DNA from: Sphaeroforma arctica JP610
Lineage: Eukaryota
Direction of reading: 5' to 3'
Assembly (NCBI RefSeq): GCF_001186125.1
Contig: NW_014040442.1
Location: 96,110 to 148,406, forward strand
DNA length: 52,297 bases
The translations under genes were made by a program, and so were the position numbers. Positions 9,427 through 20,331 of the stretch are shown in pieces. The stretch's first letter is position 1. Each line of letters begins with the position of its first letter. The notes beneath the pieces are model-generated. The model was given only the letters and a program-made list of their open reading frames with translations, was not told the origin of the DNA and searched no databases.

Positions 9427-11518
9427 TCAATGTTGCTCTGTTATCGGGGTCCATTGGGGCTGCAAAGTGTCCGTTTGTGTATCTACGGTCTGATCGAAGT
9501 CATTGGTTAGGATGAAGTGTATATGTAACTCTGTGGCCGACTGGCTATCGTATCCCGGACCCTCCTCCTGTGTGAGCACATTAACCTGCGGTGTCGTCGC
9601 AGTTGAGGTCGACTGTCGGTTTAGGTATTGTGGTGGTAGGTGCACGGACCCTTCTGGTGGCGTAGATCGCTGTCCCATAGTCACTTCTCTCTGCTGCTGA
9701 CTAGTGTCTGACGTCCGTGTCATCACGTCCTGCCCCTTATGTTGGGCAGCTCGGTAATGATGGCAGCGCGGTATATGTCGCAACCCTGGAGGTGCTTGTG
9801 CGCGGCAACCGTTGCACGTCGTTGGGTTAGTTGTTGGAGTCGGGCGTTGTTGCCATTGTTGCTGCTGACGCTGGACTATGTGCGGGCCAGGTCTACTAAA
9901 CGATTGACTAACCGTTGAGTCGAACGAATCTGGGCCTCCTGGATATCCGGACTGAGCAGCTGTAGTAATTCATGAGTCTCCATGAGTTGCCACTTTGGAT
10001 GTAACTGTAACGTGCGCTCATATGTCCGGGATCCTAAGGTGTCCTCCAACAATTGAACTATGCAGTGGTTGAGCAATTTTTTCTTAAAATCTGCATCGGT
10101 CTGACAACGCTCGTGTGCCCGACGATGGTTCTCCATTAAGTATGTCATCTGTTCCATCACTGGAACATTACTAAGTTTCTGGTGTCCCGTTGCTAATTTG
10201 CGAAATGTGGGGTCCACCGTAGCCTGAGTCTCGTGTGAACAGATTTGTGTTATTTGGAGGTCTGGTGTCCATGTAACTAAACGTTGGTGATTAGATTTTA
10301 TATAATCAAGTGTAGATTGTTCGGCTTTAAAGTGACTTAACACCTTATAAAACCAACGAAGACTCCATGCTTCGTCGAGACCCGAAATCTGCGCATTCTT
10401 AAGGGCTTCTCGCAATGCCCCTTTAGTGTCGCGCTCCATAATGTTGCTGAGGTTATACCAGTTCGAGGGCCACTCCGGCCAACTACGTGGTTCCCGTGGT
10501 TCCTGTTTGTTCACCGGTCGTGAGTCATGGGTTGCTCTTAATGTCTCGAGTACACCTCTTAGTGCTTCCGCTCGTGGCAAGTTGTTGGCTTCCACTGCAC
10601 TACATAATTCTTCCGACAATTTGAGCATACGCGCGTGCTAGGCTTGGCGGTCCGCCGCTATGCTGTCTGGTGTAGGAGGTGTGGCCTGCTGAGCCAAGCG
10701 TCGACGCTTCTCCGATGACGTAGCTTGACTCGACGGTGTGCGTTCAAGCAGCCTGCGTGACGGTAGACTGTCATTCATAGCTTCTCGTACAAATTGTTGG
10801 TTCTGACGTTGTGCTTGTAAGGACGTGTCCATGTCGTCACGTCGATTATCCAGTGCCTCCCTCCCGTGAGGGTTCTGTGTAGCTCTACGTCGTTCCTTTG
10901 TAAAGTATTGACGAGATATCGTTTCCTGTTGTGTATCGCCTTCGTCCTGATCCGACGGTGTGTACCCTAACCCCTGACGGGCATCGTCGGTTCTTCTAAT
11001 GCGGAACTCGATGTTTTAGGGTTTTGTTCCCTCGTTGCAGTCGACGCAAACGCCGTTCATATTTCTCTAATAGCGATTGTTGTCGTCGAAGTAGGCTCGT
11101 CATTTGCTCTGGTGTATCATCGTCTCTACCTCGGCTCTGTCGTTTCTCTTTGGTATGAGAACTATGGCGCTTACTTGTAACAGCGCGTGATGCCTCTCGA
11201 GGAGTTGTCCCCTCCTGGTAGTGAGCCTGCGACGTCGAATGTGGTGCTCTCATGATTTCGGGGGTGTCGTTCACGATCCGTGAAGTCCACGTCACTCGGA
11301 GTGGTTATTCGCCCGTCGCGTTGATGTTGTGCTGTTAGTGTCCGCTGGAGTATTGTTCGGTTAGTTCGACGTTCTGACTTTAAGTCCTCCGACACTTCTC
11401 CATCCGTATCTACTCGATCCTGAGTACGTCGTCGGAAACCTCGTTGATGGATGTCATCCCGTTCACGTTGTTCTGGGGATAGCTGTTGCTGCCGACGAGT
11501 CTGTCGAATGTTAGTCAT
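9427..11518 (-). pseudogene. gag: Element C gag (fragmented)
   Basis: ORFs 11171-11518, 10996-11295, 10638-10832, 9876-10628 and 9427-9783 align with the gag regions of B and D (RAEALRG, WPSN, NHCIVQLL, CxxC...APPGLRH) and lie directly upstream of PR. Confidence 0.8.
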
Positions 11519-11869
11519 GGTTGAAGTAGCTTCTGTTTGTCTATTGATAGCAATGTCCCGTTATCTTTGCCTCTCTTCCGCCTTAAATAGTCCACTGCTT
11601 AGTCATGTCATCGCCTTTCGAATAACCTGAAGCCCCATTGACGGTACATACATCGTCTACGTCTTGCTCTATTTCGTAGTCTCGACACATCGGCGTTGTC
11701 CCTGCATAGGCAATCGTGTTTTAGGCTAATTCCGGGTCTCGTTGTGGTTGCTCTTTTACTCTTCCAACTAACCCCTGCTCTTGGCTCATGTGCCACTGTT
11801 TTCTCGGTAACTCCTTGCTCCCAACATTCGGTTTCCATCTCATCTAAGTACATGTTCTTTACTCCTTTC

Positions 11870-12294
11870 TGAGAGACTACAGATCTCAAGCAAGTTTCAA
11901 TAGCAAGAAAACTCTTTTTCTTGAATGAAATCACAAGAGTTGCGTCACTCCGAAAAGCGGATCAAATTATTAACCACATCATGTTAATAATACATTTGCT
12001 CCTATGAGAGCATTGCTCTGAAAGCCGATACCTAGGAGAGAATTGCTCTGAAAGCCAAGCAACATTAATTGATCGGCGTAAGAGCGAGTAGCAGAGATTA
12101 TGCTATAGAACAATATCTAAGTGTTAAAGTGTTCTGCAAAAGGTTTCTCATACTGACCATATGAGTTTTCACCCTGGCCAACCCAAGCGGTTGAACACTA
12201 GCACAAACACCTTGAGTATAAAACCAAAGGTGAGGTTGTAAATAAAGATATACAATTACGCTTTATTCAAAGACTACCATCTTACACTCTAACA
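11870..12294. repeat. Solo LTR of a different family inserted in element C's leader
   Basis: TGAGAGACT...CTCTAACA flanked by the 5-bp TSD CTTTC (11865-11869 and 12295-12299); homologous in inverted orientation to 23273-23693. Confidence 0.8.
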
Positions 12295-12857
12295 CTTTCA
12301 AAGCTCATCTACTCCCCCAACGATTGTCGCCTCTAACCTCTCGTAGCTACTCAGTTTGTCCGCCAATATCACCCGTCGTTCTCGTCTGTGATCCCGGGCT
12401 TACGCAAGCACTTGTCTCTTCCAACTCGCTTGGACGGCGCACACCCACATTGAACGCACACCCACATTGCCATTGCTTCGTGGTCACTTACACATTGATG
12501 TCACTTGCTTGCATGTTCATCACTTCTGGTACTAGCTTATTTCACATTATTGTACTCTATATTGGTGTATACGCTTACTGTGTGTGCAACTTACTTCCTG
12601 TCTGTTTTAACATTTGGTGCGATGCACATCTCTCCGTGTTACCGTCTTTGCATGAATATCTGTTACCGTGAATTATTATCCATGTCATATGATCACTATT
12701 TCTTATTTCAGCAGGTTACTTGAGTGCTATACAAGGCGTATCTTACATATATATATGTCTCTATTTAACGTTTTCTTACGTACCTGATTGACGTGTACGT
12801 CCACATTCCTTGTTGTCTTGGTGATCTTCCAACTTTTACACCTACCTTTGTTATCCC

Positions 12858-13373
12858 TCATCTGTGTTCCACTTCGTCTTCTATAATCTGCCATCCTTCT
12901 TCCTTGTCCTCTTCAACCTTCCTGGTGTGGCTCGGCTCTGGCGAAGGTGTTGGTGCCCATAACGGTGTGGATGTTTCTTGATGTGGTGTGGTTCGGAGTG
13001 TCCATGTCGATGTAAAGGTACACACTCTTTGGTTTTGTTCTAACATATCACTTCCTCCGGTTCGTTTGGCTACCGCAACATCTTCGGTGTCGATACATAG
13101 TAGTCTGTTAATAACTCCGTCGCTAATCTCTATCCGCTCTATTCTCGCATTCAAGCGGTCTACTTGTTGACGAGTATGCGTCCGGAGTCTACGATTGTGT
13201 CGTCCCATGCGTCTGGCTTGTCTCTGGATTTCTGAGGTTATTCTATTCGTCTCCGCCTCAGACGCACTACTGCTGTTTGGTAGAAGTGCTGGCATGCTAT
13301 CACTAGTATCACTACTAATAAAGCCACTATCTGTGTCATCTACTAACGGTTGTTCTATGTTGACGACCGTCAT
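12858..13373 (-). CDS. Extra upstream ORF (ORF0) of element C, unknown function
   Basis: 171-aa ORF between the 5' LTR and gag; N-terminal DDTDSGFISSDTSDSMPALL matches the corresponding regions of B and D. Confidence 0.6.
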   Translation of the reverse strand: MTVVNIEQPLVDDTDSGFISSDTSDSMPALLPNSSSASEAETNRITSEIQRQARRMGRHNRRLRTHTRQQVDRLNARIERIEISDGVINRLLCIDTEDVAVAKRTGGSDMLEQNQRVCTFTSTWTLRTTPHQETSTPLWAPTPSPEPSHTRKVEEDKEEGWQIIEDEVEHR

Positions 13374-13521
13374 TTCCGTTTATGATATCTGAGACATCTC
13401 TCTCTTCTTTGTGTTGTGTACAAAAAATTATACTTTTACACGGGATCCTATAGTCCCTCCTAACTTCGTCCCCTATTCAGGAATAGTTCAATTAATGTAC
13501 AACATCTAAGTCAGTTAAAAA

Positions 13522-13731
13522 TGTAGTAAGTAGTCGAGGATAACTGTATCTCAACGTACTCCTCTCGTACAAGGGGAGACGTTGTTCATTTATTGAACTA
13601 AATCCTGTGACTATCATTTAGGTCATGTGTTTTCCGTTAATCAGTTTTAACGTGATTAAATCCAGTTCAAAATGTAGTCTCTAATAAAACCCTAATCCTA
13701 AATAAACCATATCAGGGAATTCCATACTACA
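13522..13731 (-). repeat. 5' LTR of element C
   Basis: Direct repeat of 5125-5355 with two deletions. Confidence 0.95.
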
Positions 13732-13735
13732 ACCA

Positions 13736-14070
13736 ACACCGGTTCCGTCTGTAGTAAATACTTGAACAATGTGAAGCACGGGGCTCTAGAGGCCCACGGT
13801 TCGCATACTGTCACCGACGCACCATCAGACTTATTCTTCCGAAACATCTTGTGTATAAGTTTCCAGGGTACATTCATCCATCCGTTGACCATCGCCCAAT
13901 TATGTCGAAAGGCGCCTCCCCGCTCGTCATACGTCCAGAACCGAGGCAGTTGCGCATCCCCTGGTGTCGCGAACACATCCACGTTGTTGGGACCGAATAT
14001 CTGCTGAGCTTGTGTGAAGTATTTCGGGAACAGTTGCCAACAATCAGCGTATAGTACTTCTGGTATATCA
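13736..14070 (-). pseudogene. Dam-like methyltransferase domain of element B (NVPW variant; C-terminus split by element C)
   Basis: LYADCWQLFPKYF...VDVFATPGDAQLPRFWT...GAFRHNW...GWMNVPW (13863-13874)...VTVCEPWASRAPCF. Confidence 0.8.
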
Positions 14071-14189
14071 CCTTCCACAGTCCTTTCGTGGACCCTACTC
14101 AACATGTCAGGGAGAACATTCTTCTCCCCTGGAATATGTGATATCGTAAAATCAAACGGGGCTATTATGTGGTGCCACCGCTGGAGCAT

Positions 14190-16133
14190 TGCTGAGCTTG
14201 TGTGAAGTATTTCGGGAACAGTTGCCAACAATCAGCGTATAGTACTTCTGGTATATCACCTTCCACAGTCCTTTCGTGGACCCTACTCAACATGTCAGGG
14301 AGAACATTCTTCTCCCCTGGAATATGTGATATCGTAAAATCAAACGGGGCTATTATGTGGTGTCACCGCTGGAGCATCGGGTTCAACTTCATTGTGTGTC
14401 CATATACACTAACGCCTTGTGGTATGTGAACGCCGCGAAACGCTGTCCGTCGAGGAATTCCCAAAAGTGGGTAAGCCCATATACCAGCGCCAATAGTTCC
14501 TTCATTGGCGTCGCATAGTTCTGTTGTGCCTGATTGAGCGTTTTACTGAAGAACATGAGGTAGTGCTTCTTCTCGTCAACCCACTGGAACAAAGCTCCCC
14601 CGATGCCATAGTCGCTGGCATATGTCTCCAGATTCAGGGGGACATCCTCTACTGGGAAGTGTAAAGCCACCGCATTAACAATCGCGGTCTTCATAGCCGT
14701 CCAAGCCTCCGAGTGGCGGGGTTCCCACCGTGTCCCAGTCAGCTCGTTTGGTCTCAGCTTGCAGAACTCCCGGAGTGGCGCCACTATCAGCGCGAAATTG
14801 GGAAGATGTTCGTGTAGGATGTTCGCGAGACCTAACGCCGATGCTATATCTTTGTAGCGCTGCGGTGTCGACCAATCCAGCAGCTTCGCCTGTTTCTCGA
14901 AATCAATATGAATACCTGCTGCTGATACCTTCTTCCCAAGAATCATGACTTCCTCAAAGTGACATTTATCCGGATTCAACTTGAAGCTGTGATACGTAAG
15001 ACGGCGTATCGCCTCCTTAGCCGTTGCTGTGTGCTCTTCGTAGTCGTCTCCTGCTATCACTATATCGTCAATATAATGGTGCACAGGGAGGCCATCCAAG
15101 ATTGTACTCAATGTCCGTTGGAATTGCTAGGTGAGTACGTGCAGTCCAAATGGCGCTGACGAAAACGAGTACTGGTGGCGTCCATGGGTGAAACTAAACA
15201 AGTATTTCGAATCCGGGTGGATGTATAATACTTCTTTCTCTGTAGACGCTATATAATCTCGTTCAATTTGGGAATCAAGAATTGGTCGCCTGGGATCAAG
15301 GCATTGACTGCCCGCATATCAAGGCATACTCGCACCTTCTTTACATTTCCCTCACTATCAAAGGTTGGTACCGCTAGTAGTGACAGGTTCACCGTAGTTG
15401 GAGTAGTCCGCTTGATAATTACTAAATCTCGTGGCCACTTTTGCACCTATTCTTCCACATATGGTATCCACCGGTCTGACACAAAGTTCCTCGTTGATCG
15501 TCGCAAGTTCATCGCCTGTTCTCGGGTAACCGGTATGGCTACCTCACTCCCTTCCAACCGGCAGCGTGTGTTATCAGTAATCGCTGCATTCGCCTCCAGG
15601 ACTGCTTTCAGTTTCATACGTATGCCGTCAGGTTCAATTAAGTCCGGGGCTTGTCGTCGACAAATCGGCTTCAGTAAATTATCTAATTCTGTCGGATCTA
15701 TAGGTGCCAAAGGAGATTGTAGTCCCCCTAAGTAAAATCCCAAGCACGGCATGATATCCACCCCGATGATCACATCGATCCCTACCGGTAGATTCAGTAG
15801 TTCTAAAGAACCTTTCGTTATGGACGTTCCATATCTAATTGGGATACTCTCCGTCGTCCCCAGTCGCCGAGTGTGCGCCGCCTGATCCGCCAAATAAATG
15901 TATGAATCAGGAGGAGCCGGAGAAATCGGTAGGCCTAGTGCCTCTGCGGATGCCTGCAAAATACAGCTTCTGTTTGCGCCTTAATCTACCAGGGCTCGGA
16001 ACATGCGACCGTTCAACTGAATTTGAACATACACTCGTTGATCTGCTGTCAACAACGGGTCTTTGATCGCCTGTACCGAGTATCCCGCGTACGCAAACGT
16101 CAATGCTATATTGTCGTCAGACACCCTGATGTC
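14190..16133 (-). pseudogene. pol: Element B protease, reverse transcriptase and RNase H
   Basis: KVRVCLDMRAVN, YIDD, ETYASDYGIGG, KELLALV; PR region with IIGVD and a decayed catalytic motif. Stops, deletions and a 188-bp duplication. Confidence 0.92.
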
Positions 16134-18283
16134 TCATGGTTGATCTGATATAGGTGGCCATTCTAGGGATATCTTATCAGCTTCTGTTCCTGTAGTCGGA
16201 TCACTCTCCCCCATATCACCAGAAAGCAGTGCTCCAATATGTAGATCTGTAGCGGTCGGTGGGGTATCCCACGCCGACGTATCTGTAAGGTTGTGTACAT
16301 ACGGTTGCGTGTTGTTGTCGCCTCCCGCACTCCGTACCCGTGGTACCGATAGTGTTACCGTCGTTGAGGGTGTTACTGAATTATGTGATATCGAGGCACG
16401 TTGTCGTATCTCTGACGTGCGGCCACGGTTGTCCTGTGTCGCTGCCCTATAATTATGACAACAAGGAACGTGTCGTAAACCTGGTGGCGCCTGTGTCTGG
16501 CACCCGCCACATGTCATCGTTGTCGTCGACATCGGTGTACATTGTTGCCACGGTTGTGGCCGTCGTGGTGTGACGGTTGTGATGTGCGTGGTAGCTGTGC
16601 ATCCCCCCGTTGATGATCGTTGTTATGGGGTCGCCGGATCGACATCCGCGCCGTAGTTCTCGTCTGTGCTTCCTGAATATCTGGACTGAGAAGCTGCAAC
16701 AATTTGTGGGTCTCCATCAATTGCCAATTAGTGTGCAATTGTAATGTCCGTTCATATGTTCGGGATCCAAGGGAGTCTTTCAATAACTGTACGATGCAGT
16801 GGTTTAAAGGGCTTTGATTGAACTCCACATCTGTCTAGCTGCGCTCATGGGCACGTCTGTGATTTTCCATGAGCTGTGTCATCTATTCCATAATGGGTAT
16901 GTTTGACGCCCGAAAGTGTCCTTTCGGGTCGACTGTCGCTTGAGTTTCGTGAGAACAAATCTGTGTTATCTGCAACTCTGGTGTCCAGTTGACTAACGCT
17001 GGTGGTTGGACTTAATGTAGTCCATGGTAGATTGTTCGGACTTAAAATGGCTAAGAACCTTATAAAATCACCGCAAGCTCCACGCCGCGTCTGGGCCCGA
17101 GATCTGCGCATTCTTCAGCGGGTATCTCTCTCCAAGACATTATGTAGTTGGTATCGATTCTCGGCTCTCGTGGCTCGTGCTTAGTTACTGGGCGAGAGTT
17201 ATGTGCAGCTCGCAAGGTTTCTAGTACCCCTCGTAGCGCTTCGGCCCGTGGAAGATCCTCTGCCTCGACCGCTCTACACAATTCCTCAGATAGTCAAAGC
17301 ATCCGCGCATGAAGTACTTGACGGTCTGCAGCAATACTTTCTGGTGTAGGAAGGGTCTCCTTATCACTGGCCGCTGGTGGAATCGCCGGTGTTGTGTGGG
17401 TTGCTGACGTCGTGTGTCGTGGTAGCGAATCTCGTAGTGCATCCGCCTCGAAACGTTGACTCTGTTGTTGAGAATAGATCGTACCGGATAGTCTGTCACG
17501 TCGATTGTCCGATGTTTCAGGGCCATGAGGATCCTGTGCTGCTCGTTGTTGCGCATGGGCAAAATCTTGTAACGAAATAGATACTCTTGATGGAGCTGCG
17601 TTCATTGGACCCACCTCTGGAGATGGAGCCTGGTACCCTACGCCGTGTCTGGCCGCACTACCTGGAATCCTAGACTCCAAACGCTCATTTCCTCCGTGTG
17701 GTGCTGCCAACGCACGAGATGTATCATCACTCTCCTCTTGGTCCTGATCTTGAGAAATCATTGTATGATCTACTCGCGGTCCCGCTGCCTGTCTTTGTAG
17801 GTGTTGCAGCCGTTGTTCGTATTTCTCCTACAGTTCCTGCTTTTTCTTCAACAGCTGATCCGTCTTAGATTGTGCGTTGCTCGCATTCTGTCGGTGCTGA
17901 CGGTAAGGCCGACGCTTCCGACGAGGCCGTGTCTGTCCTTGCTGGTGTTGAACCCTGCTGCCGTCATTCTGGCGCTCTTGTCCCCTGACTTCCTCTCTCC
18001 GTGTGCTAGTGCTCGACGGGGATGACTCGAAACCGTCGCTAGGCGGTGCTGCACTCTCGCCTTGACGTAAGCAGGTCTGATGGTCCGCTAGGGCTTGCTG
18101 CAACATTGTCTGAGTCGCTCGGAATATTTCGTCTGCATTACCTCGCTGATTCCCAGACGATCCATTGCCTACTTCTTGTGATGGTCCAACTCTGCGCTTA
18201 AGGCCTCGTTGGTGGCTCGCACTACGTACTTGTTGTTCGGGTTCCAGACCGTGTTCACGGCGGCTCTTCCGTGTGCTTGGCAT
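16134..18283 (-). pseudogene. gag: Element B gag (fragmented)
   Basis: ORFs 17828-18283, 17294-17761, 17060-17281, 16514-16828 and 16134-16532 are homologous to the gag fragments of C and D. Confidence 0.8.
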
Positions 18284-18921
18284 CGCGTTAATTGCTTGGT
18301 TGTATGTACTTGTACGTCTAGAAACAATTGATCGCTAACCATCCCTGCCTGCTGCTTATATATGCAAGGGATGGTTCTCATCCCAACCCATATGGGCTTC
18401 CTGGCCTCACGTACTTTACTCCCAGAGTATATGGTCCCACTGCCTCCCGTGCAGAGTAAATGTTCGGGGTAACTCTCTTTCATCACTCTCTACTCTGGCC
18501 TCATGCTCCTCTAACGGTTGCACGTGTGTCTTCTGGTTGCACATGCTCACTCTTACTTGCCACCATCTGGCCCAGCAAGTACTGGCTGAACGTCTATTCA
18601 CCCTGTATTCCGTTCACGCAGTATAACTCGTATCCAGTACTTCCTCGCTGCTAGCTATCCAGCTGCTTATGCCCTCGGTTGTAATACATGTCGATACCTG
18701 TGACGTTCACCTCATGTCCTTGCTTCCGCCTGATGCTTATCACAACTAATCACTAACTTAGGTTCCCTCTGTGCAAACCAATACTCGGTGTATGATGTCT
18801 AGGTGCGTGCCTCTTGCTTCGCATTACAACCTCTATCACGTGACACTACTTCATACATTCCTGCTACTAATGCCTGCACCTTTAAAGCAACACCCATCCG
18901 CATTTAAGAACTATCTATATC

Positions 18922-19440
18922 TTAATATACCCGCTCACTTTTCCTTCTTGACCATAGAGACTTACCTTGTCCGGTGAATATTGTCCATGTCCGTTGTTCA
19001 TCGTTTATTCCTTCGCCATGTTCATGTCCGCCATTCGTCAGTATTCCTGGTGCCCTTGCTGCTCGTTTTAATGGTGCTGGTGGCCCGACTTGGCGCCAAC
19101 TCAACCCATTCACCTTCACATATCGCTCTTCTCTTCTTATAGTATCGTATATATCCCATCTTGCCAATCGCTGCCTTCTTATATTGATTGATTGGTTGAT
19201 TTCATGGCGTGATTCTCGTAGGGGGATCACTTCTTCATTTGTGTGATCCTCATCTTCTTCGCCTTCCTCAGAGTCACTCTCTGAGTTTGACAAAAAAAGA
19301 TGGCAAGCTCTGGTCACTACTGCAAAACCCGCTGTCCTCACTGCTCAGTTGTTGGTCTGCTGCTAACAGTCCAGTGGGGGCATTAACACCTCTCAAGTGA
19401 CTCCTTGGTAGGCTCTTCCATTGCCTCGATGTTGATGCCC
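18922..19440 (-). pseudogene. ORF0 of element B (frameshifted)
   Basis: Manual translation gives ...LSSEDSGFCSSDQSLPSF, then a T-run frameshift into SNSESDSEEGEEDE (ORF 18922-19341). Confidence 0.55.
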
Positions 19441-19545
19441 TAATTCTAGCGAAAAAAAAATATAGGTCATTTTTCCGTCTTCCTCATACTATGTCGATTC
19501 TAACTTTACTTCCAATAAAGTACAACTATATAAGCTTGTTAAAAA

Positions 19546-19753
19546 TGTAGTCAAATACGCGAGGTTAATAATATCTCAACGTACTCCCCTCATACAATGG
19601 GAGACGTTGTATCTTTATTGAATCATAAAATGAACCATAGGTCCTATTTGACATGTGTATAAATTTGATCATAAACCCTAAACCAGGGTTTATGACTTTT
19701 CTCAAATAAACATTAAAATCCTAAATAGACCTAACTGAGTATATCTGACCACA
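19546..19753 (-). repeat. 5' LTR of element B
   Basis: TGTAG...GACCACA; direct repeat of 3117-3327. Confidence 0.95.
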
Positions 19754-19757
19754 TGTA

Positions 19758-20331
19758 TCTCTTACGTACTCTGTACATACGATCTGCCTGTACTTTGGCT
19801 TCCGCTCTTATGGATGCTTCATTAGGAAAGTAGAACACACTATGTTTCATATCTGATAAGTGACCGTCACTTCCATCAGACAGTTTGTCTGCTTTAATGA
19901 TTGCGTATACCTTCTCTTGCGGTCCCTAGTACATGAGTGCCTTCTATCTCGCTACTTTGAGTAGTTGTGCGTGTATTGGCTGCTTGTCTGTGTTCCAGTA
20001 GCGCTCTTCCAACACTTGCATTGTTCTGTGCAACCGCTATGTGCGCACATCTACGTTCAGTGCCTTGTTCTCCATGTCATTGGGAAACTTCTCTAACATA
20101 TAGTCCAATGGGTTGTGCCCGAGTCTATCAATAATATTTCGATTGAATTGCTCTATATCCGTGTAGTGCTTTGTGACTCAAGTTCCCGAGTCACGTATCT
20201 CATTGAGTACATCTTTGGTATTCTCTGTTGCATCAGTAGATGTCAGTTAAATCTAGTAGATATCTCACAAGTGCTGGGTACTGACATAGTGGCATTGAAA
20301 TAGCTAGGAATACATGCGTAGTAAACTCTAT
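19758..20331 (-). pseudogene. Probable continuation of host element X gag (resumes after 36511)
   Basis: Contiguity inferred from the TSDs of B and of the copia element; heavily decayed, no diagnostic motif. Confidence 0.4.

Larger units (their letters stand above)
5125..13731 (-). mobile_element. Ty3/gypsy chromodomain LTR retrotransposon C nested in element B
   Basis: LTR pair 5125-5355 and 13522-13731 (TGTAG...CTACA), TSD ACCA (5121-5124 and 13732-13735). Removing C restores B's frame QTEPVL|VPRTPHTFLK. Confidence 0.95.
3117..19753 (-). mobile_element. Ty3/gypsy chromodomain LTR retrotransposon B (full length, decayed, interrupted by element C)
   Basis: LTR pair 3117-3327 and 19546-19753, TSD TGTA (3113-3116 and 19754-19757), PPT next to the left LTR, order gag-PR-RT-RH-MTase-IN-chromo on the minus strand. 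Confidence 0.95.

Noticed and set aside
5125..13731. DIRS element, suggested by the RH-MTase arrangement
   Set aside because: No tyrosine recombinase or inverted/split termini; it has direct TG...CA LTRs, a TSD, a PPT and a DDE integrase.
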